Assembly: GCF_009834535.1 (NCBI RefSeq) | Contig: NC_045697.1 | Location: 25,236,001-25,300,000 of the forward strand | Length of the DNA stretch: 64,000 nucleotides | Source: Camelus ferus | Lineage: Eukaryota | Direction of reading: 5' to 3' | Shown: positions 24,891-38,620 of the stretch, piece by piece | Numbering within the stretch: position 1 is the stretch's first letter | How the letters are laid out: every line of letters starts with the position of its first letter | Position numbers and translations under genes: made by a program | Notes under the pieces: generated by a model | What the model was told of the DNA's origin: nothing | What the model saw: the letters and a program-made list of their open reading frames with translations, nothing else | The model's database searches: none

Positions 24891-27152
24891 TATTCACATG
24901 TCCACAGAAGTATCACTGCTTCTAGCTGTACAGTGTTGAAGAAAGCGTATTTTTCAAAATACGTGTGGTTTGCCTCATGACTCTGCCTCAAATCTATTTA
25001 ACTTAATTGTTTATGTCATTTAATTTGGATCAATACGCAAGTAAATCCCAAACAGAATTAAAGTAAATCTATGACACTTCAAACACAAATGACTCTTTTT
25101 TGAGACTAAGGATTAACCATTCTTATCGTTAGAAGAATTGTCCCACACAAGATATAAGTTGTATCCTGAAGGTGGTGATGATGCCACCCCTGATTAGAGG
25201 GACAAGAAATGAGCTACAGCATTATTCATTAGTTTAACTCTGGGCCAATCAGAGCTTGGGGCCAGGTAAATCATTTGACCCCTACTGCACATCCAGTAAA
25301 GGTCTCAAATTTAGATTTATCAAGTTACATATAAATGAGTTGTGTATAGATAATCACAGACTGTTGGATTTAAATAGGATGTTTCTCATACAACTTTAAA
25401 TTTATATACCATTACTAGATTTACCACCTAGAGCCACAATTATTAATTTTATTTAAAATTTATCTAGTTAAGGAAAAACTGTACTGTATTTTTAGTGCAT
25501 ATGCATTAAACATATTTCTAACTGCATAAATTCCAAAAGATATTAGGGAAATCCTAGTTTAAAATAAATAATGATCATTTCTAAATAGCAAAGGACATTA
25601 GGGAACACCCTCAGGCAGAACTGGGCCAGGAACTGGCCCAGAAAAAGAGAGATTGAGAGAGAGAGAGAGAGATTGATTACCCTTCCACTTACAGATATAA
25701 TAGCAAGATTTGCTTCCTGGAAAAGCAAAAATGGGGACGAAAAAAACAAGGGAGAATTTGAGCTTAGATTTGGATTTATGTTGTAACGATTATGTATGGA
25801 ATCCCAAGCATAAGAGCCAAAAAGGTCAGAAAGACTTTAGACTACATTGATATAGTTAAAATAATAATTTTAGAGAATTTGTGAAAAGGCAGGTGGAGTA
25901 AGTAAATTCAGGTTTTAAAAGACATGCTAAGGGGTTAATGTTAACACTTTTACTCTTAAAATTCAGAATTGAGCTAATGGCGACTTTTACCAAATCTTAT
26001 ATTGGTATTTTATAAGTTCTCAGTTAAATGATCAAAGAAGTTGGTTTGTAGTTATATTTTAAAGCTGGGATTTCTAAGATATAACTTTTATTGTCTTCTC
26101 ATCCTGTGTTTATTTGTGCCAAGAGTTTTCTAAGGACATGGTCTGTATCTGGAAATGTTCTTGGAGTCTTCTTGTGTCTGGTTGTATAGCTTCCTATGTA
26201 CAAGTTAGCAGAAGGAGGGTCTAGACAGAGAGGTTGGGGTGGAAACCACAGATAAGATATATATTTAAATAAGGAATACTGTACTTTATTATTCTGAAGT
26301 TGAAATGATGTAAATTGTACGAGAATAATGCATTTTTATTGAATATTTCATTTTATTTTATGTCATGCTACACCTATAAATATGTCAATGGTGATTACAG
26401 TATGGGGGTACTTTTATACCTACATATGAAGATACTAGACTTCTTGAAGGCATGATATCAAGTTTTTTATCGTATTCAGATTACTTGAATTATGTTCCAA
26501 GAATATAGGTTGAGATTTTCCGGGGCTGAAACTCAGAAATAAGTATTTTTTTTAACAGTAAAAGCAGCAGTCCATTCGAATGAGATCATAATGCTAGACA
26601 TAAATTGTCACTATTAAGCAATGGTTGAGCTTCTCAAAATCACACTGTTATAATTCAAAATGTAAGTTTAAAAATCAAAATTCCAAATTGAAATTCAAAC
26701 AATTTCCATCCATGAGAGCATCGTTTATATAAAGCACTATTTTGAAAGAAATTCTGGAAAAAAAATTTAGTGTGTTAAAAATAAAACAAGAGGAACCACC
26801 AAAAAAAAAAAAAATCTAAAATTGGTGTATGACCCAATCAGATAAGTAATAGTTAAGTAAAACTTGGACAAATTTGTCAAAATGATTTTTTGATACTAAT
26901 CATCTATTTTAAATGAGAAGCTGTTGGCCAAATTACTTCTATAAAAATTAAAGTAATATTATACAGTAAGATTAAAAAGGTGAAACATATGTGGTAAAGA
27001 GAAACAGAGACTAAGATGTTCCAAAATCTAAAAACAAACAAAAAAAGAAGTTCCAGTATCTGACAATGGGTACATCTTACGAATCTATACAAGCAAACGT
27101 GAAATACAGATTATAATCCCCTGACTCCTAGAACAATTTACTAAAATTTAAC

Positions 27153-27672
27153 TTTTCTTTTTGGCATTGATTTATTGTAGTAAAAAAAATAATAGCTCAC
27201 AGCAAAAAAAAAAAAAAAATTTGACAATGAATATATGTATGTTCATGTATAACTGAAAAATTGTGCTCTACACTGGAATTTGACACAATGTTGTAAAATG
27301 ACTATAACTCAATAAAAATGTTTAAAAACAAAAACAAAAACAAAATTTAGCTTCTTAATCATTGTTAAACATACTGTTCAGTATTATTAGTGCATTCACA
27401 TTGTTGTGAAACATTTGCAGAACTTTTTCATCATGCAAAACTGAAACTCTATGTCTATTCCACAACCTCCTTTTCCCTCCCCATTCCCCAGATCCTGGAA
27501 ACCACCATTCACTCTCTGTTTCTATGAATTCGACTACTTTAGTATTTCATATAAGTGGAATCATACAGTATTTGTCTTTTTTGCAATTGGCTTAATCTAC
27601 TTAGCACAAAATGTGGTTTACACATATAAGTAGAATATTAAAAGGAAGGAAATCCTATCACATGCTATAATA
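27153..27672 (-). mobile_element. L1MB-like 3' end with inverted 5' segment (27611-27672)
   Basis: gcaaaactgaaactctat...tttctatgaattcgactact...tcatataagtggaatcatacagtatttgtc, then sense-strand aatgtgg...aaggaaggaaatcctatcacatgcta. Confidence 0.75.
27191..27345 (+). mobile_element. Very short young L1 3' end (camelid-type) inserted in the L1MB
   Basis: tgacaatgaatatatgtatgttcatgtataactgaaaaattgtgctctacactggaatttgacac...aataaa (27311) followed by an (AAAAAC)n tail. Confidence 0.8.
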
Positions 27673-29669
27673 ATCAGCCTTTACTTTTATATTAAACTCT
27701 AAAGTCCTTGACTTTATACTTATAAATTTGATATTTTTGTATTGGCTTAAATGGACATCTCAATAAATACATTTTAAGAGGGAAAAACACAGGACAACCT
27801 AATCTGAAATTCAGTGTCACTAATATCCTATATAAGTCATCCTCACTTTATCATACACTGCCATAAATAGAACAAAGCATAGATAGATAAATAGATAGAC
27901 AGACTGAGCCATCAATAAATCACTGGTTTGGACATTTCATAGAAGGTAAAGATGATATTTTGCATCGCTTTTCAGTCACCTTCAGAAGTTAGCACAGTGT
28001 TCTTGAGACATTAAGTACAAATGCAGTGGATCAAATGTCATTCCAACACCCTAACTCCAGTGCATTTGCTTATATGAAACAGAAGGATATTGAACCTTGA
28101 AGTAAACAAAGCATCGCCTATGATGATATATATTTTAGCATAAATGCAACTTATACGTTTGAGCACAAGCCCACTTGTTGAAAGTCACTTTGGGAAATGA
28201 ACTTTAGAATATGCTACTTCAAAATCCACTCTGTTTAGTTGATAGTCCATAAATTCTCTTTTGGAGATATTATGGTCTACAGTGGATTCTGCTTAATTGG
28301 CACATCTCAGTGGAAATTGAAATATGCCAATTAGACAATGATTGTCTCATTTAAATACATAATTGCTTATATGAACTATCAGATACATTTGAAATTAGAA
28401 AGGATGTTTGAAATGCAAAACATTGACCAAATTGTATATGTACATAATTAAGACAAATTAGACATGCACATGTTGGGCATGATAAAAAGCATTATCATCA
28501 AGGCATGGTCCCATTTTTTGTTCAGCAGTTTAATGAGTATTATAATCTGTTTGGTCATTGCAAACCCAAAATATACCTAGTAACTCACTCTGGTCAATAA
28601 CTGAATTTTAAGTCTGTGTTTAATACTCTGTACTAATATTATTTCAGAAATCCACCAAAGCCAAAACCTGCAGAGTTGCTGCTCTTTCATACTTAAATGT
28701 TGTTAATTAAGGCATTGTTTTAGAGTGAACTTCTTATTCCAGGGACAAAATAATTTTTTTTACTTTCAGAAGAATTTTTACAGAGTGTTAAGTCCATAGG
28801 ATGCTCCTCTAATGTAGGAACCTGTTACTAAGATAATGAATATGGCAACGGTATTTTATGAAAAAATTTCCTATTTGCTGAAATGGATCTTTACATCCTG
28901 GAGAACATCAAGAAATTCATGAAGGGGAAGATATTGAGAGCTTTTCCTAATTGTTAGTAAGGCACTGATAATGATTTAGCAAGAATTTTGCCCTTAATTC
29001 ACTCCACAACTGGAAATTTTTGTGTGGCTCTGTATATATATTTGTGTGGCTATAGTATACATATCTATACTACAAGTACCCCATGAATATATATGTATAT
29101 GTATTCATAGACTAGTCGTAGTATACAATAAATTAATTTTTCATGCAATTGCTTAGAGATATATGTGTATTTTATGCAATACCTACAGCCAAAGTGTCTT
29201 ATTAAAAAATCCTAACAAGTAATGTTATAGTATTTTCAAATGTTAAAATTTAGAAAACAACCAAAAGAATTTAAACAAATGGCCATTAATACCACCAAAT
29301 AGGACAGTTATTTACCAGCATTTTCCTTGTGTTAATTAATATCCACATTGACTACTCTCATTTTTTCTGTTAGTATTAATCAAATATTGAAAATATTGAA
29401 AATATGATTTTCATTACTGTGTGGAGCTAAAAATAAACTATATAATCAATCAAATATCCTTCTACAGTTTTTTTAATCTTATTTATATTAGGAAAGAATG
29501 AGTTCCACAGAAGACTATTTCTTCAGAATAAATCTTAAGTATAAAATTGTGGATCAAATGATATGAAAAGTTGAAGAGTTTTGATACAAATTTAATTACA
29601 GATGTTTAAAATCAATTTATAATCCATAACAAGTAAATAAGTATTCCTGTTTTCCTAATCCCTGATCAT

Positions 29670-30200
29670 TGCTGTAGGCAAAATTCTAAAATGGCCCAGA
29701 ACAGTCCTGCCCCCTGGTGTTCAACTCTTGTATAACCGGGACACTTGGGAGCCCATGGAGCCTGCGGCAATGCTGGGATTGTGGCTCCACTGACTAGGTT
29801 GTTATAAGGCAAATGGTGATGGGATAGTTATTCCCTTAGATAAGATCCTGTAGCTGACTGGAGGTGAAGGAGTAGTCAGAGAGAAGGGATCCTGCTGGCA
29901 CAGAAAAAAGCAAATAGTCATCCTGGGAACTACCCATGGGGGTGGGAGCCACATAGCAAAGAACTGAGGGCAGCCTTTGAGAGATAAAGGTGGTCTCCAC
30001 CTGAGAGATAGCATGGAAACAGGAACCTCAGTCCTACATCTGCAGGAAACTAAATTCTGCCAAGAACCACACGAGCTTGAAAGGGGACCCTGCCCCTCCC
30101 CTGGCCCTGGGCTCCAGAAAGGAACATCGGCCAAGCAACAACTTGATTCAGCTTTACGAGATCCCAAACAGAACCCAGCTAATCCATGCCCGGAATCTTT
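29670..30200 (+). mobile_element. MaLR LTR (MLT1E-like), 3'-truncated
   Basis: gtaggcaaaattctaaaatggccc start; ggaacctcagtcctac...aattctgccaagaacc; acttgattcagc. Confidence 0.8.
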
Positions 30201-30446
30201 CCATCTAGTCCAATTGCTCATGCACTTTCATTCAAGTCCATGTTAACTGCAGAAATTCACTGCATAAAGATACCAGTATTTCTGGCCACAGTGCCCTCAG
30301 TTTGAGGACCTAAGTGCACCTCAACCTCATCAGGACCAACAGTACATTACCCCCTCCAACTACATCTTGTCAGCCCGCCCCTGCCTTTACTTTCCTCCTA
30401 TTCAACTCCGACTCAAAGTTGAGTCATTTAATAACACCTGTAAAGG

Positions 30447-30910
30447 CTGTTTTCATTTTCAATTGCTTTCTAATAAGTTACCACAAACTTAAAGACTTCA
30501 AATGAAATTCATTTATTATCCCATGTCCAGGAGCCCAGGCACAGTTCATGTAGCTCCTCTGCTCAGGCTGTCATAAGGTGCAACGTGACGTCATCTGAAG
30601 CCCAGGGTCCTCTTCCCCACTTATGAAATTATTGGCAGGCAGAATTCATTTCTTTGCACCTACAGAAGTCATAGTAGCTTGCGTCTTTAAGGCCAACAGG
30701 AAAGCATCTTTAAATGCAGGGAAGGCCTGCTTAAGTCCTCTTTTATAGAGATAAACAGACTGAGCAAGTAGGTTAATCTACCTTTAACTCAGTGTCCAGC
30801 CAATTAAGATCTTAATTATATCTGAAAAAACCCTCAAATCTTTGCAACCTAGTCACAGCCGCACCAGAGGTGGGACTCCTGGGGGCCACCTTAGAATGTT
30901 GCTTACCACA
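30447..30910 (-). mobile_element. MaLR LTR (MLT1E-like)
   Basis: ttaccacaaactta; ggcagaattcatttctttgca; ends ggccaccttagaatgttgcttaccaca. Confidence 0.75.
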
Positions 30911-31369
30911 AAATGGGTCGGCAATTATGTGTCTATTTCTTTGACCCTCTATCCTTTCCATTTTATGCCCCTAGCAAAAGAACAACCCTGAGTGAACTGA
31001 AACATCTCACTTCACCTAAAAGCACTGTGCTAGCTCAAGTGAACTTGGCTGCTTCATATTACACACCTTCAACCCAGATACTTCTTTTGGGTCATATATA
31101 TATATACTGCCTTTTTATACCTCTTCCTAAACATCTTAGTGACACTTTATATTTAGCATGTATACACCTAATTCATGTGCACTCTTTTTAACACCTGATC
31201 CAACTCTAGTCCCCTCTCACAAACCCTGCTTTCATTGTAAAACACCCAGGTGCTCAAACCAGATATCTGGGAGTCATTCCCGAAATGCCATAGTCCCTCA
31301 GTCCCACATCCTCTCAGTTATCAAGATCTAATAATATTATCTAATTAGTATATTTTAAAATTACACATT

Positions 31370-32130
31370 CTGTCCAGGAACTGCTACTTTGGGCTGTTTA
31401 TCAGCAAGAGATAAGCTTCTGATGTGTGAAGCATAGATATTTGGAGCTTTTACTATGATAGTTAGCATACCGTGAGCAATGCAGCTAGAGATTCCTTGGG
31501 GTGGGGGGTTGCAGTAATGAAGCAATTAAATTATATAACATTGGCTTAATAGGAAAGTTGTAGCTGGACAAAGCAACTAATATAGGAAGTCTGAAGTTTG
31601 GAGAAGTATTAATGCTATGGCAACCTTTAGTAAAAAATCAAACTCCCAAAATAAATGGAACTGGTTGTCTATAATTACTTAAAAGGTAGAATGCCCAGAA
31701 GAAGAGACTGCAAAAGAAAATCATGGATATGTGTGTTTGGTCATTCCTGGCAATATTGAACAAGGTACTAGAAGAAAGAGATGAGCTCATGAAAAGACTA
31801 AATGGTTTGAAAAGAGAAATGAAAGAAAAGAGTAATGGCATTTAATAATGGAGGCTTGCATGTTTGGTGAAGCTTCTGCTTCTAGACACCAAATAATTTG
31901 AAATAACATTGAAAAACTTGTAAGCACAAAAGTCCATTAAGATTTGCTATCAAATTAAGTGTGTAGATTTCCTACCAAAGTAATGCCATTAAATAGTGGA
32001 GGGGACATTGAGACTGAAAAAAAAAAATAAGTTAATGACTATTGAGAATTATATGTGGCTAATGAATTTGGTGTAATAATCTACATGTTACTGACTGGAG
32101 ACAAATGAATCAGAAATGCTCATCTGTAGA
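31370..32130 (+). mobile_element. MLT1 LTR 3' end followed by MLT-int
   Basis: LTR end (tgtgaagcatagatatttggag...aatgca) then typical MaLR internal start (ggggttgcagtaa...cattggctt). Confidence 0.55.
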
Positions 32131-32515
32131 TTTCCTGACCTTGAGGAGGTGGAGCATAACCCTTCACTCCTTAAGTATGGGATGCCCATTGTCACTTACT
32201 TCCCTAGAATACAGTATGAAGATAAGGCAGGAGCAACTTTCAGGTGGAGAGATGTAGCACTAATTCAGCCATGTAGCCAAGGTCAACAGCAGTAATGTTA
32301 TGTTGATGGTATGCACCCTTGATACAGTGTGATTAAAATGGTACTTAAGACCTTTATGGTCTTTCTTCTCAGAACTCAAAACCACATCTTATCTTGAGGA
32401 AAACACCAGCTAAAGCCTTATTGACAAATATACAACAAAAAAAAACCTAATTGAAACTTAAAACTCAAGGTCGTCAAAAGTAAAGAAAGTCAGAAGTTGT
32501 CAGAGCTTAGAGAAA
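32130..32515 (+). mobile_element. L1MC/MD 3'UTR fragment
   Basis: gaggaggtggagcataac...cactccttaagtatggg...caaggtcaaca...tatgttgatggtatgcacccttgat. Confidence 0.75.
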
Positions 32516-32536
32516 ACTTCACGGCTGAGAGAGTCT

Positions 32537-32570
32537 TCTCTCTCTCTCCTCTCTCTCGCCTCTCTCTCTC

Positions 32571-32611
<41 letters not shown>
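32537..32611. repeat. (CT)n(TG)n(TA)n compound microsatellite
   Basis: Directly visible. Confidence 0.95.
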
Positions 32612-32612
<1 letters not shown>

Positions 32613-33989
32613 CACTTTACCCCTTTTCACAGTACTGATGTCTGTAAATGTGAGAGGATTCTATAGTTTTGATCATGTGGGGAAAAGACTACCATGTTTT
32701 TCCATTATGAAAAAACTATCTCTAAATTTGGTAATCTGGTAGATTTTTTTTTTTTTGATAACTTCTGTGTCCTAAGTTCAGGGTAATCTAGTTATTCTAA
32801 AGAATGGAGTCTCTTAAAAACAGAAACATGTTATAATACTTTGATTTTTTTGTCCATGAGTTTTCTTTAGAAATGGAGATCCACTGAGATGTATAGGTAG
32901 TCTCACATCCATGAGCCAACTGAGCTGTGCTGCCCAAGAAGTACACCTAACATATCTCTGCAATCCAGGCCCACCATGATATATGAGTCAATAATTTCCC
33001 ATTATTGTATAGGCTAGAATGCATTATGTTCTCATTTTCCACTGAGAGAGAGCTAACTGATAGACCAATAACAAAGATTGCATCTTTAATGACATTTTCT
33101 GGGTATTTGAATAAATGTTTACTAAGGTTATTCAAAATAATAGGTATGGTTTACTGAAATTTAAATCTGTGAGATCATTTGTACATAAAACATGTTGCTG
33201 TTTTACACTGAGAATACTGTATTAGAATGCAGAATCTAAAACAAGCTTTTTGGAATGAAGGATTATTCTGAAAATGACAGCTTTCCACATTCATCCAAGC
33301 AGTTGAATGTCAGGATGAAGCAGGAAGAAAAGGTCTACACAGATTGTAGATTTGAAGCTCTATCATGTCAAGAGGTTTTAGAGCAGTAAAAATATCTGCA
33401 ATTTTTGTGTTTTTCCATTGGTAAATCATTTAAGTATCTCACTTTTTCTTTTTTATAAAGTATCTTCAGATCTCTGAGTTATTTTTAAATTAACAAAAAC
33501 ATATGGAAATGGTTTAGTGACATCAGCAGAGGTGAGCGGACTAGAACAGAAGAGATAGTGCTTGATTATTCTTCTGTGCCTTAACCTAGATTAAGTTCTC
33601 AGATGAACAGGGTTGGTAGGAGGAGGCTGGCTGTTTTAGCTGCAGAAGTACAAGTTAATTTGCTGCAATCCAACTGAGTATGCGATAGAGAAGAAAAAAA
33701 TGTTTTAAATAGGTTGTGAGGTCAAAATATTTTAATAATTATATACATAGAGTTACAATTTATCCAAATTACTAAATCAGGAATTTATTTTAGACAATCA
33801 GGAATTAATATAGTGAGCATTGTGATTCAATGTTCACTTTTTGAATCTTAGCAAATTCTAAGTTAATCTTCATATAAGGCATAGCTTATTCTTTGACTAT
33901 CACTACATAGTTTAGCAATTAAATGTAGTATAATTTAAGTTTTGAAACATATTTTAAGACAGACCATTTGATTACTATTAGATGCTTTC

Positions 33990-34830
33990 ATTTTCTAGTC
34001 CAGTTGTTCAGGGTAAAACGCTGGAATCATCTTTAATCCCTCTGTCTTTCTCAGTCCCCGTGTTCACCCTCAACTCTTGTTGACTCTGTTCAAAACTTGT
34101 CTAGAATACAATTACTTATATTCACATCTTGCATCATCACTCTGCCAACATCCACTGTCATATAGACTCCAACATGGTAACCCATTTTTGCCATTCACAG
34201 ACCATCGACAGCATGACAGTGAAAGTAATTATTTTAACATATAAGCAAAGTTATATGATTTTTCCACTCATCAGCAATGGCTTCCCATCTCACAATCAAA
34301 GCCAAATATCCTACAGTCGTGTAAAGTGTCCTGTATGACCTACACCCTTATTATTTCTTGGCCTTCATCTCACCCTCCATCATTCCTCTCCAGTCATTCA
34401 ATCTTACAGGTGTTTCTGAAATATCCCAGGCGATTTCACAGCTTGGAAGTGTTCTCTTTCACCTTTATATTTTTCCCTAACATGTAAACATACAACTTGC
34501 TCCCTGACCACATTCAAAGTCATTATGCTTATGTCACCTTAGCCACAGATGAATATTCTATTTGAAACGTAACCTGCTTCCTGCTAACATCTCATTCCTC
34601 TCTAACTTATTTGTTCTCCGTGGTATTCACTATGTAAAATACTATGTTTTACTTTTTTAACTCTCTCCCCTACTAGAATGTCTTACTTTTTTTGTTTATT
34701 AATTCCCTTTCCTGCTAGAATGTCTTGTGCATTTCAAGATGGCTGCATTTCTTGTTTTATTTACTGTATCCCAGCATGTAGAATCTGCCACATAATAGAT
34801 GTTTATTTGATATTTTTGAGTGTGTTGATA
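33990..34830 (+). mobile_element. L2 3' remnant
   Basis: ctggaatcatctttaatccctct...ttactgtatcccagcatgtagaatctgccacataatagatg. Confidence 0.7.
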
Positions 34831-35689
34831 AACATAAGTCTAACAAATGTAATGATTTTTTTAAACTATAAAACTAAAACCAATTTAATATATGATAAAT
34901 TGTCCTTAGGATATACCTTTTATATATTGCCTATGGTTTCTAATTAAACCCATATAAATAATGTAAACTAGAGCTCAGGGGATCTTAGTATTAATTGTGC
35001 TTTTAAAAGCCATGTAAAAGAAGAGAGTGAAGTTAAAAAAAAAAGTCAGAGCCAAGTAATTATTCCAGTCAGTTAATTGGTATATATCAAATGCATGAAT
35101 TGTCTGCTAATGAAATTCTCTTCATTATGCTCATCATTAATATTTTCTTTAATCCTTAAGGTCACTGGCTGAATATTCTCTGCTCTCTACATTCTTTTAC
35201 ACAATCTCCCCATGTCATGCCTAGAAGGTCACCAAGTTAATTGGCTGTTGAGTACTTAAAGTAGCTAATTCCATCTTATAAGTTATCTGATTTTTAATTT
35301 TAAAGTTCTTTGGTCAAGGTTACAAGATTAGCATAACCTCAAATCAAGAACATGTTACCGGGCAGGGCAATGCTTCTCTAGTCAGTAGCTCAGTGAAACT
35401 ATTGATGTTGATATAATTGCATGAAAATTCAGCCGCATTTACTCAAATTGGAGAGTATGACATGCTTTTCCTTATAATTTTTATGTTAGGCTTATAACAG
35501 TTTTCAAGGTGTTGTGACTGGGTAGTGAAGAATCGAAGGGTTTTGAGTAAGTACATATCATAAGTTAGGAGTTTTTCAGTGCTTAATTTATGTCAGTAAA
35601 TAAGCTTATGTAGTTAGTCATGTTGGTTTGTTATGAAGTGGTCCTCTCCATCTGTACCTCTAAGTACAATTTTTTCAGAATATATTTAC

Positions 35690-36145
35690 TTCCCCTCTTT
35701 ATCTCCATTACCTAGAAAAAAAAATCAAAGATCACCCTTTAAGTACTTGTCTTTCTCCAGCTGCTATAACCTCTTACGAACTGTGCTGGCTGTTGTTTTG
35801 TGGAGAAACTGAGGAAGACAGTATTTCTAGAATTTTGTTTGGGCTGCCAGCAAGTTTAAAAGCACCAGACAGAAAGCAGCAGTCCTCTTCAGGGGAGATT
35901 ACAGCAGATTGCCTGGCACCCTTTCCTCCACTGCTTTGTTCTTCCCCATAGCACATGTGCACCTCTGATACTCTATATGCTCTATATAAATGTCTCCCCT
36001 TCTCCCAGCACCACCACAATTGAAAAAAATTTCGTGGGGGCAGTATCTTGTCAGTTTTGTTCAGTGTACTCTCCTCAGTATCTAGAACAGTTCCTGCTAC
36101 AAGAGTAGGCACTGAGAAAATGTCTCCAGAATGGATGAGTGAATT
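35690..36145 (+). mobile_element. L2 3' end
   Basis: ttttgttcagtgtactctcctcagtatctagaacagttcctg...gaatggatgagtgaat. Confidence 0.65.
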
Positions 36146-36194
36146 CCTGGAACTGATTCAGAAATGATAAAAAGCTGTGGTTTTACTGATGTAG

Positions 36195-36421
36195 CTAAGA
36201 TTGCCATTGGACTAGACCCACAGCAACATCAGCCCTTCTTGTGCTTTCTGGCTGGCTTGGCTGCCCTCTAGATTTTGGGCTTGGCAGCCCCCACAACTGC
36301 CTGAGGCCAATCCTAAGAGTCTCTTTCTCTCTCTGTCTTCTCCACCAACACAGACAGGTACAGACACGCACACACACTATTAGTGCTGTTTCTGTTTCTC
36401 TGGAGACCCCCAGCTAATCAA
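36195..36421 (+). mobile_element. MLT2 (ERVL) LTR 3' half
   Basis: agattttgggcttggcagcccccacaactgc...gtttctgtttctctggagaccccc. Confidence 0.8.
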
Positions 36422-36849
36422 TATTTGGATATGAGGAAACTTAAACTGATTTTTTTTTTCTTATTAACTTGCAACACAGTGCCCCTTTCTCCTGCTCCTA
36501 GTGGGGTTTCAATTATGGGAATTCAACTTAAACATCATCAAAGCCATTATTGAGAATCCGAAGGCTTCCAATAATGAAGAAACTAATTGGATCCTATTGG
36601 GAAACCAGCCTAACCCCATCCCCGGAAAACTAAAAATAACAACAGCAACAACAAAGACCAGCCAGTCTGGAGTACACGCTGGATCCTCACTGAGATCATG
36701 AGAGGCGGTATCTGTCTCAGTGACTGTGCCATGAAAAATTTGTAATTAAACCGTTACCTGAATATGTTAACCCAATAAGAGGTGTTTACATTGCCAGTGA
36801 CAAGATCACAAGTATCAGTCAAAAAACTTTACCCTTGTGAAACCCTTGT

Positions 36850-38620
36850 AAACCGTAAGAATGACTGAATCTCTGGTGTTTTTCACCAGCCTCAGCCACA
36901 GCATTTCAGGAATCCATAACCTGCTTGTCTGCCTTAATTCTAGTGTGTTATAATCCTTCTTCCCCCACTCCTGACCCCTGCCCAGACATCAACAATCTTC
37001 GTAGCATTACTCCAGTAGATATAAAAACCAATGACCCTATGAGTATCGAAGCATGCTATTCACAGCAGAAGGCAGTTACATGATGGGACCAGAGCCGACT
37101 AATCAGTGAGTGATTTAATATGTGGTGACTTGACTTTATGAGAGTCCAGTCCTTTTTTTTTTCAAACATCTGAACCCTCAAACTAGAAACAAGATAAGCA
37201 AAGGAGAAATCTCAGGATTATGAAGCAAATACATTTTTTGAGCATTGTGTGCTGTCCCTTCAGTAGAGACCACAAAAAGAGGACCACTGAGCAGATGACC
37301 TTTCATTTAAGTAGTGCATCAATGAAAGAATATCAAGAGCTCATCACACTTGAAAATTTGTAGATTTTCCTTTTTAGCCACATCTGAAGATAAGCTATAT
37401 CAAGTGGCCAAAATAAAGCAATAGCTACACATACCAACCCCTGGGTTAAGATCCAGAATGAGCCATCACGTACAAGTGTGTCACTGACTTACTGATAAGA
37501 GCTCTACTTTTTTCCATAATCCCATCTTTGAGGTCAACATAGTTTATTAAGAATGTTAAATGTACTTTACTATGTCTTTGAACATAGTGGAATGATATTC
37601 CCAAATCCTGCCTTTTATGTGTCCCAGACACAGTTTCAAAAATCACTATTCACTGACATACTGAGTACTCTGTGACATTACTATGACATTTATAATCAAT
37701 CTAATCTCACCCATAATTTCTGTTAGGATATGGCCTCGTTAGTAATATCCCTGTCATCTCTGTGGTTTGCCTCAGCAAATTCATCTCATTTTATCAAAGA
37801 AATGTTATGTCTCCAGAAACTATTTTATCACCAACAGTCATTGTAGGTTTTATTATGATACTGAAAAAAAAATTGTTCAAAACTGTCCCTGTCTGTAGCT
37901 GCCTGTCCATTAACCATCACTCATAGTCCAATTGCTATATAGAAATATCAAGTGGACCTTGGGAAAATGTCTACACTATTACAGCTCTGTTAGGATTAAA
38001 TCGAAAACTACCAACCCCACATCTTCTCTGGCCATGACAATGTTTTCTATGGCAATTCACTGTATATACTCCCACTCATGAAACACCACTCCATGATAAA
38101 TGTACTTTCTATCCTGCCACTTTTCTGTAACAAGATTGCAACAAAACATCAATGTTCAATCAGTACCTCAGTGATATTGAGTGAGAGTGGGACACACAGA
38201 AAGAGCAACAGGACATCTGACAATATGTCAAGAAAGTTACCTGTTATATGCTGATAGAAATTGAAATCTCCGAGATAAGATGTGATTTCCAAATGCGACC
38301 TGGCCTTCCATTTGACACATTCATACCACTTGCTTCTGATGAAAATGGAAAGATTGCTTGCTAGGGCTGGTCAACATTATCAAGTCAATCAAATACGCTG
38401 CCTCCTATTCAGTTGCCTTGAAAATACAAATCATTTCCATGTTCCTTGGTCACATGCTACTCCTAAGTGCCCTAAACCCTGTGTTGCCTTCCATTTTCAT
38501 CATCTGAGCTCTCCAACATGGACATAGTAATTAACCCTAGAAATTTGACCATGAAAACCTGCTGAAGTTGAAGTAATTGTTCGAGGACACTCCACCCCAC
38601 CTACCCTTTCCCAACTTGTC
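36850..38620 (-). pseudogene. Ancient, heavily decayed LTR-retroelement pol remnant (ERVL-like)
   Basis: Minus-strand VKFLG (~38535-38550) and an RNaseH-like DGS...A.A...P (~37405-37470) in the expected order; otherwise broken. Confidence 0.4.
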
